IMG/VR virus record: IMGVR_UViG_3300020042_009457
Coordinates: 1 to 24,513 of that record
DNA: 24,513 nt
Direction: 5' to 3' (one strand)
Source: a virus
Taxonomy: Duplodnaviria > Caudoviricetes
Shown piece by piece: positions 17,299-22,972 of this stretch (position 1 is its first letter; the number at the start of each line of letters is the position of its first letter). The notes under the pieces were generated by a model. That model ran no database searches and was not told where the DNA came from. It worked only from the letters and a program-made list of their open reading frames with translations. The translations under genes were made by a program, and so were the position numbers.

Positions 17299-17913
17299 CT
17301 ACCTCGCTATGCCCCGTCGTTGATGGACGAGTATTGTTGCTCGAACAGTCTGCTGTATCACTGTCTGCCCCGTGTCATCGAGGCCAACGGCAAAGTCAGT
17401 CGGTGTCACACCAGAGCCAGGCAGGCAGTTGAAGATGCCGGTTTGCACAAAGGCCGGTGTGTTCTGATTGCGCGCATCGTAGTTGACTAGGCCATACACA
17501 GGCGAGGTCAAGATGATGAGGATGCCTTCGATGTAGGTACGCAGGCAGGTCTCGTAGACCTCCTCTGTAAACGGTGCCGTAGTCGTCAGAGGCTGCGCAT
17601 CACCGAACCCATCGTAGTAGCCCCAGTCGGCATTCACCGACACCTCGAGCTCATGCACCTGGTCCATCGCACCGAGCGCGTCGATAATCTCGCTCGTGGT
17701 GCGCAGCACGCTCAAGCCAAAGGCAGGCTGCTGCTCGGCCGTCCACTGTGCACGACGGCTCGTGTAGATGTTGGCCGTCAGAGGCGATGGCAGCCCCGGC
17801 ACGCCCATGCCAGCCAAGAAGGTGGCGTCACATACCGTAGGCCAGTTGGTCACCACCAAATCGCGTGCTGTGTTGCTGGTTACCTGTGGACCCCAGTAGA
17901 GCTCGGCGCTCAT
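17299..17913 (-). CDS. Putative tail terminator/completion protein
   Basis: 204 aa between gpG-like gene and tube; SD GGAGG; ATGA overlap; QQPAFGLSV segment. Confidence 0.55.
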   Translation of the reverse strand: MSAELYWGPQVTSNTARDLVVTNWPTVCDATFLAGMGVPGLPSPLTANIYTSRRAQWTAEQQPAFGLSVLRTTSEIIDALGAMDQVHELEVSVNADWGYYDGFGDAQPLTTTAPFTEEVYETCLRTYIEGILIILTSPVYGLVNYDARNQNTPAFVQTGIFNCLPGSGVTPTDFAVGLDDTGQTVIQQTVRATILVHQRRGIAR

Positions 17914-18566
17914 GGCTGACCTCCGACGCTCATCAGATACCGCACCGCAAACTCGTTGCTCGTGATACCGACCTTGGCACCTGACGCCTGCATCATAGCC
18001 AAGCTCTTCATCGCATCGCGCACCGCGTCGATGAAGGGGTCGCCAAACCGCACCATAGGCCGCTTAGGAGTGGGGATGGTCACAGTGCCACTCTTCTTGC
18101 GAGAGGTGCGGCGCGTGTAGGCTCCAACCCCCTTGTCGTGGTTGGCAGCATAGGGCACCGAGCTGCCCAGCTCGACCTTGTTGCCGGTCACTTTGTAGAT
18201 GTAGTTGGGGTCGTTGACCAAGCAGAACGAGGGCCACAGCACCTCTTTGCCGCTCTTGGTCCTGCTCTGTGGCCGCGCGCTCCAACGCAGGATGCCGCCT
18301 GGCTGTATCGTCTTGACGCCGAGCGACCACCGCTTGATGGGTAGCCAGTATCGCTGCTCTTGCCGAGTGTAGCCTGGCCACTTGGGACCCGTGCTGCTGC
18401 CCTGCGTCGCAAACATCACACGGCGGCTCTCGGCCCATGCCAGGCTCAAGGTGCCGTTCTTATCGTCCCAGAACTTCTGCCAGTCCTTGGCGTTACGGAT
18501 AGCCGTCTCGAGCTGGTAGATGCCCTCGTGGCTGTTGTCCTTCATGGTTATCTTGAAGCTGCTCAT
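17910..18566 (-). CDS. Virion morphogenesis protein (Mu gpG/P2 S-like)
   Basis: Basic; FATQG....KW, VELGSSVPYAANHDKG, IPTPKRPM motifs. Confidence 0.75.
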   Translation of the reverse strand: MSSFKITMKDNSHEGIYQLETAIRNAKDWQKFWDDKNGTLSLAWAESRRVMFATQGSSTGPKWPGYTRQEQRYWLPIKRWSLGVKTIQPGGILRWSARPQSRTKSGKEVLWPSFCLVNDPNYIYKVTGNKVELGSSVPYAANHDKGVGAYTRRTSRKKSGTVTIPTPKRPMVRFGDPFIDAVRDAMKSLAMMQASGAKVGITSNEFAVRYLMSVGGQP

Positions 18567-18568
18567 GA

Positions 18569-19048
18569 CTACATACTATCTGTAGTGGCATTCGCTGCAA
18601 GTCTAGAACCACTGTTGATGCTCTTGACCTTAATCTCGGCCGCGTAGTCAGCATTGCTGTGCAGGATGTTAGGGGCGCTCGTGCCTGTCGGCCGAGTCTG
18701 ACCCATGTCGCCCGGCAGCTTGCGCAGGCGGTCCATCAAGTCGTTGGCCTGCTGGTCCCAACCATCGGCTGCCGTGTTGCTGTTCTGATTGCGCATGCGA
18801 ACGATGTCAGCAGCGAACTTGAGCAGGATGTAGCGGCCGGCCATGCGATACATCGGAATCGTCGGCTGCGCATCAAGGGCAGCAGGTGACACACCCATGC
18901 CCTCGAGGAAGCCGTTGATTTCGGCTGCGTGGTCGTCGATGATGCTGTTAGCCTGGGCAGAGGTCGGTGTGCTGTCGACAGCAAAAGCTATCTTGGGCAG
19001 TAACCTACCAACGTCGGCTGCAACGATGCCAAATGTGTAGATTGCCAT
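18569..19048 (-). CDS. Head-tail adaptor (Mu gp36-like by position)
   Basis: Start reassigned to ATG 19048 (MAIYTFG) after AAGAGGG; IDDHAAEINGFL helix; directly after capsid gene. Confidence 0.65.
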   Translation of the reverse strand: MAIYTFGIVAADVGRLLPKIAFAVDSTPTSAQANSIIDDHAAEINGFLEGMGVSPAALDAQPTIPMYRMAGRYILLKFAADIVRMRNQNSNTAADGWDQQANDLMDRLRKLPGDMGQTRPTGTSAPNILHSNADYAAEIKVKSINSGSRLAANATTDSM

Positions 19049-19052
19049 GGTT

Positions 19053-19106
19053 CCCTCTTGAGTAGGATTGGGCGGGGGGATGAGCACCCAACCCTACTCG
19101 AGAGGG
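19053..19106 (-). promoter_or_regulatory. 22-bp hairpin sequestering the adaptor RBS
   Basis: Arms 19053..19074 and 19085..19106; on the minus strand 2 G-U pairs and 1 mismatch; 3' arm ends in AGAGGG 4 nt before ATG. Confidence 0.6.
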
Positions 19107-19125
19107 GCGAGCCGTAGCCCGCCCC
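19104..19125 (-). terminator. C(UACG)G tetraloop hairpin after the capsid gene (terminator-like or stabiliser)
   Basis: GGGGCGGGC-UACG-GCUCGCCCC, 10 nt after the stop; followed by UCUC, no strong U-tract. Confidence 0.55.
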
Positions 19126-19135
19126 CGTCAATGGC

Positions 19136-20161
19136 CTACGAGAGGCCGGTAGCGAGACGGGCCCACTTGTTGGCCGTGCCGCCAAGGACGGTCACGCCAA
19201 AGTCGGACTCGACATACATGCCAACGCCAGCCGGGTTGAACGCCGAGTAGCTGAAGAGCTGGCCGAGCGCAGCGTTGGGCTCCGGCGTCATCGTCTGAAG
19301 GAAGCCAGAGTCGCCATAGGCCTCGGCAACCTTGAACAGAGCGACGTTGCCCGTGGTCATGACAACCGAGCCAGTCTGAGTGGCGATGGTCGGCAGGTAC
19401 TGCGGCATAATCTTGAGCTCAAGCGGGACGATGAGCTTGCTGCCAAAGAAGGCATTGAGCTGGGTCATGTCCGATGCGCCAGCACGGTACTGCGCAGTGC
19501 CGTCGCCCTTGGACGCAATGCCGTAGCCCATCTGAAACACTTCATTCTTCTGCATCAGGATGTTGGCAGTCGCAAGATTGCAGACCGCAACCCACTTGCC
19601 GCTCTCGATGTCGCAGCCGTCAGCAGCCGACGCCAGGAGGAAGTCGTTGAAGTCCTTCTGAAGCGTCGCAGCAGCCGTCGAGCCACCAGTGACAGCACCG
19701 GTGCTGGCAAAGTTGGCCGTGTCGTTGAGAGCAGCGCCAACAATCGCCGCGTGAAGCTGCGAGCCCTGCACCGCGAGCTTCTCGGCATAGCGCGCCTGGA
19801 TGTCCTCGCCACGACGAGCGAACTCCTCAATCTGCTTGAGAGTGAGAATCTGGTGACCCCAGCGGTAGAGGCTGCTGTTGTAAGCAGCCGAGGTCACACG
19901 CAGACCGCCCGGCATCGCGGGGGTGTCGTAGTTGACAGCCTGCGGCACCTGGTTGCTGACATTGCCCGCGCCAGCCTGGAGCAGCGCGTCGTTCTCAGCG
20001 AAGTAGTGGTAGTAGCCCTGACGGGTCTCGACCTTGACCACCGGCGAGAGCTCGGCCGCAACCTTGCTCGAGGAACCGGTGCGGAAAAGCGAGATGCGCT
20101 GGAGGATTCCAGGACGCAGACCACCGGTGTTTACACCAACTGACGGGAAAGCATAAGCCAT
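19136..20161 (-). CDS. Major capsid protein
   Basis: 341 aa; ILQRISL...VAAELSPVVKV...GYYHYF N-terminal pattern; strongly biased codons; between decoration genes and adaptor. Confidence 0.85.
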   Translation of the reverse strand: MAYAFPSVGVNTGGLRPGILQRISLFRTGSSSKVAAELSPVVKVETRQGYYHYFAENDALLQAGAGNVSNQVPQAVNYDTPAMPGGLRVTSAAYNSSLYRWGHQILTLKQIEEFARRGEDIQARYAEKLAVQGSQLHAAIVGAALNDTANFASTGAVTGGSTAAATLQKDFNDFLLASAADGCDIESGKWVAVCNLATANILMQKNEVFQMGYGIASKGDGTAQYRAGASDMTQLNAFFGSKLIVPLELKIMPQYLPTIATQTGSVVMTTGNVALFKVAEAYGDSGFLQTMTPEPNAALGQLFSYSAFNPAGVGMYVESDFGVTVLGGTANKWARLATGLS

Positions 20162-20206
20162 GACGAGACCTCGAGGTTGAGCACCCTAGGGTGCAGGTTT
20201 GTTAGG

Positions 20207-20653
20207 TTAAGCCTGTACCAGGTACGGTTGAAAGCGCATGAGGCACTGCTCGCTTGCGTTGGTGTTGGTCAGGGCAAGGCCCCAAATCCATGTGCCCACG
20301 CCGGCTGATGACTGCCCATCAGAGATGTAGGTGCCGTCTGCATCGTTTGCGTCGATGTACAAGAAGTCGCCTGCATTCACGCTACCGTAGGTGCTGATGA
20401 GCACCTGCACGACGCAGCCAATCTGGTCCACCATCTCGAGCGACGCATCGCCAATGAGCGACGGGTAGGTGCCTGGCGTGAGGCTGTCAGTGCCCGTCAC
20501 AATCACAGCGTAGGGCCTATCACCGCCGGCAGTAGCGAGCTTGACCTCATTGGCACCGTACAGGAACACGCCACAACCCTCTTTGCTGGTCATGTCCGAA
20601 TCAATCAGGTTGATGATGTTCGGTGTCTTGTAGGTGGTTGCGCCGAGAGCCAT
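20207..20653 (-). CDS. Capsid decoration/cement protein, paralog 2
   Basis: 148 aa, Gly/Ala/Thr beta-rich, upstream of MCP; MALG..TYKTPN, KEG.GV, IGCVVQV, IWG.ALT, LMRFQP shared with neighbour. Confidence 0.75.
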   Translation of the reverse strand: MALGATTYKTPNIINLIDSDMTSKEGCGVFLYGANEVKLATAGGDRPYAVIVTGTDSLTPGTYPSLIGDASLEMVDQIGCVVQVLISTYGSVNAGDFLYIDANDADGTYISDGQSSAGVGTWIWGLALTNTNASEQCLMRFQPYLVQA

Positions 20654-20656
20654 GGC

Positions 20657-21076
20657 TTAGACCTGCTTGATGAACGGCTGGAAGCGCATGAGGAACTGCT
20701 GGCCCGACGAGGCTGCCGTGAGCGCGTAGCCCCAAATATACTCGTTGACGGTCCCAGCGCCTGCGATGAACGCAGCGTTGCCGTCGACCTGGAGCGAGTC
20801 GCCAATCGCAATCGTACCGCCAGCACCGACCTGCACGACGCAACCGATGGCGTCGACAATCTCGAGCGCGCCAGCTGCAATCGGGCCGGTGTAGGTGCCA
20901 TCAACCGAGGCAGCGCCAACAACGACGATGCCGTAGGGCAGCGAGGTCTGCGCTGTGGCAAGGCCAATCGTGCCCTGCGCAGTCAGCGTCACGCCACGAC
21001 CTTCCTTGTCGGTGAGGTCGGCAGTGATGTTGGTAATCTGATTGGGGGTCTTGTATGTCAGGGGTCCGAGAGCCAT
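20657..21076 (-). CDS. Capsid decoration/cement protein, paralog 1 (DUF2190-like)
   Basis: 139 aa; SD AAGGAG; VQVGAGGTIAIGDSLQVDGN and G.AL.AAS.GQ typical of cement proteins. Confidence 0.8.
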   Translation of the reverse strand: MALGPLTYKTPNQITNITADLTDKEGRGVTLTAQGTIGLATAQTSLPYGIVVVGAASVDGTYTGPIAAGALEIVDAIGCVVQVGAGGTIAIGDSLQVDGNAAFIAGAGTVNEYIWGYALTAASSGQQFLMRFQPFIKQV

Positions 21077-21111
21077 GGTCAGTCTCCTTGCCCGTTATGG
21101 GCAGTTGGTTG

Positions 21112-21819
21112 TTAGTTGTTACCGCGAGTCGACTTCATCTCGAGCACCGCATCAGGCGCCTTGCCAAACGAGAGCCACGAGGCAGCGAGGCCAACCGTGA
21201 TGCTCTCCTTGGTCGCCAGCTGCGTGATGAGCGACCATTGCTCGTCGTCAGACAGGTTGGCGAAGTGCTTGCTGCCCGGCTTGAGGGCCTCACCGAGGTT
21301 GGCCTCACGGGAGCCAACACCAACCGGTGCAATCGTGCGAGGAGCAGGGGCCGACGCCTTGGCAACAGCTGCCGGCGCGAAGTCAGCGAGCATCGCCTCG
21401 AACTTGCCTTTGCCGGCAATGAAGGCGTCAGCCAGCATCGTCTCAGTGGCCAAACTCACCTTGCGGTTGCCGAGCGAGGTGCGAACATGAGCCAGAGCAG
21501 CGGTGCGCTTGGCAACCGCCAGCTCACGCTTGAGCTTGATGACCTCAGACAGCAGGGCCTCATCGTCCTTGCAGTAGCCGGCCATCTCCTCCTGGTCCTC
21601 GGTGGCGCTCTCAACAGCCTCCTCGATGCCTTTGCCCTTCTCGAGCTCGGCAATCGCAGCAGCCTCGATGGCCTCGGCCTCCTCGTTGAGGTCGGGGTTG
21701 GCAGCGTGAGCCTCATCATGCAAAGCCGGGAACAGCTTGGCAATAAGAGCCTCAGTCGCAGCCGCGTCGAGGCCAGACTCGGCACAGTAAGCAGCGCAAT
21801 CTTCTTTGGTCATCGCCAT
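21112..21819 (-). CDS. Scaffold protein from an internal in-frame start (Mu gpZ-like)
   Basis: AGAGGG then ATG GCG ATG at the protease/helical boundary. Confidence 0.55.
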   Translation of the reverse strand: MAMTKEDCAAYCAESGLDAAATEALIAKLFPALHDEAHAANPDLNEEAEAIEAAAIAELEKGKGIEEAVESATEDQEEMAGYCKDDEALLSEVIKLKRELAVAKRTAALAHVRTSLGNRKVSLATETMLADAFIAGKGKFEAMLADFAPAAVAKASAPAPRTIAPVGVGSREANLGEALKPGSKHFANLSDDEQWSLITQLATKESITVGLAASWLSFGKAPDAVLEMKSTRGNN

Positions 21820-22380
21820 GTTAGCACCCTCTGAAAGTGATACGCCGCGCATGTCTGCAACGGGCACCTGTTGTGACTTGATTTGCGGGATGGTCACAAA
21901 GCTGACCTCACCGATGGCAAACGGGTAGCTCGGACTGTCGTCGAGCTCAGTGCCTGCCCATGCACGGATGTTCGGTGACACATAGGGCACCTCACCCGCA
22001 TCAAACGCTGCTGCCCACTTAGGACTCGTGATGTCGAGACCGCCGTAAATCATGCGCGAGCTGGGCTGCTTGATGCCATGCGTTGCAGCCTCGGCCTTGG
22101 TCAGCACCACGATGCGACGCAGGTAGCCAGCCGCCGTGCCGTCCTTGTTGTGCTCCACCGCAATCGCAGGGGCATAGTCGGACAGCCAACGCTCGAGAGA
22201 CTCGACCGCGTCATCGAACCGAAACTGCAACTTGTCGGCATCCGTCTCGGCTGCGTCAAAGCACCAGGTAGTGCCATGCGCGTTGATGCTGCCCTCTGGC
22301 AACAGAGACACCCAACGCAGCCCGGTGTCGTCACCTAGGTTGACCTGTTGAGTCTTGAGCTTGAGTCGGCTTGCACGCAT
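21112..22380 (-). CDS. Prohead protease-scaffold (Mu gpI-like)
   Basis: WVSLLPEG, IAVEH (His), AAGYL, YVSP (Ser), VSFVTIPQIK; helical acidic C-terminal half. Confidence 0.82.
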   Translation of the reverse strand: MRASRLKLKTQQVNLGDDTGLRWVSLLPEGSINAHGTTWCFDAAETDADKLQFRFDDAVESLERWLSDYAPAIAVEHNKDGTAAGYLRRIVVLTKAEAATHGIKQPSSRMIYGGLDITSPKWAAAFDAGEVPYVSPNIRAWAGTELDDSPSYPFAIGEVSFVTIPQIKSQQVPVADMRGVSLSEGANMAMTKEDCAAYCAESGLDAAATEALIAKLFPALHDEAHAANPDLNEEAEAIEAAAIAELEKGKGIEEAVESATEDQEEMAGYCKDDEALLSEVIKLKRELAVAKRTAALAHVRTSLGNRKVSLATETMLADAFIAGKGKFEAMLADFAPAAVAKASAPAPRTIAPVGVGSREANLGEALKPGSKHFANLSDDEQWSLITQLATKESITVGLAASWLSFGKAPDAVLEMKSTRGNN

Positions 22381-22425
22381 GCACCACTCTTTGCACCGTA
22401 CTGCACCCCACTTCTAGACCCTTGC

Positions 22426-22454
22426 AGTGTGTTGTCGCTGTGCTAGTGCGTCAA
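22426..22454 (-). promoter_or_regulatory. Putative sigma70-type promoter for the protease-capsid-tail genes
   Basis: TTGACG (22454-22449), 17 nt, CACACT (22431-22426); 45 nt upstream of the protease ATG; -10 is weak. Confidence 0.45.
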
Positions 22455-22470
22455 CCGCTGCGCTAGTGCG
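22436..22470. repeat. Two 15-bp direct repeats CGCTG(T/C)GCTAGTGCG with 20-bp period (operator-like)
   Basis: 22436..22450 and 22456..22470, 14/15 identical. Confidence 0.8.
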
Positions 22471-22496
22471 GCACCTTCAACACGGGCGGTATTCTT

Positions 22497-22757
22497 TTGG
22501 ACTATCCAATCACTCGTAGGCAGCGAATGGTCCTCGATGCTCTACTCATCTGCCATCGAAAGCCACTCATGCACCCCTCCCCTCGCTGGCTTGCCAATCA
22601 CATCGAGCACTGGGGCGAGAAGGCTGTTAGGGCCGACATCTGCAACCTTGTCATGTCTGGTCACATCATCGGCATCGAGAGGGTGCTTGGCTCGGCTGCA
22701 TTCAGATACCAACTCTCAAACTGCGACTGCACCTACTGCACCTCGAGGCCCTCATGA
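22497..22757 (+). CDS. LexA/HrcA-like winged-HTH DNA-binding protein with C-terminal CxCxxC
   Basis: Ungapped register match by eye to the LexA N-domain: ITRRQRMVLD...MHPSPRWLA...AVRADICNLVMSGHI vs LTARQQEVFD...MPPTRAEIA...AAEEHLKALARKGVI; no peptidase domain; TTG start uncertain. Confidence 0.68.
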   Translation: MDYPITRRQRMVLDALLICHRKPLMHPSPRWLANHIEHWGEKAVRADICNLVMSGHIIGIERVLGSAAFRYQLSNCDCTYCTSRPS

Positions 22758-22972
22758 CTGACACACCCTGCAAGCCATGGCATCTGCCCCTCTCGGCCGA
22801 GGCCAAGTTCCGGGCAATCAACCACATCCGAGAGCGGCACGAGACACTCCTGGCTGTTGGCCCCGTCGTCTTTGCCAGCATGGGCAGGCATGACCGCGAG
22901 CGGTATGCTCACATCCAGCTGCTCAACCATGGCTACGAGGCCCAGCTCTACACCGAGCCAGTGCCCGACTAG
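22754..22972 (+). CDS. Hypothetical protein (72 aa)
   Basis: ATGA overlap with wHTH gene, GAGG upstream; TAG overlaps the convergent gene's stop. Confidence 0.65.
   Translation: MTDTPCKPWHLPLSAEAKFRAINHIRERHETLLAVGPVVFASMGRHDRERYAHIQLLNHGYEAQLYTEPVPD

Noticed and set aside
6777-21076. Diversity-generating retroelement TR/VR among the decoration paralogs
   Set aside because: Differences are not adenine-specific, DNA identity is low and no reverse transcriptase is in the window
6513-21078. Kozak-like CCATGG at several late-gene starts
   Set aside because: Explained by Met-Ala starts in GC-rich DNA; bacterial SDs and overlaps are present
21055-21834. 259-aa + strand ORF and similar overlapping track ORFs
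   Set aside because: Antisense to well-supported structural genes, with no motifs or initiation signals
22372-22470. CRISPR or mini-array
   Set aside because: Only two 15-bp repeats with a 5-bp gap; no spacer-sized units or cas genes
22497-22757. True lexA gene
   Set aside because: Only the DNA-binding domain is present; no Ala-Gly cleavage site or Ser/Lys peptidase domain
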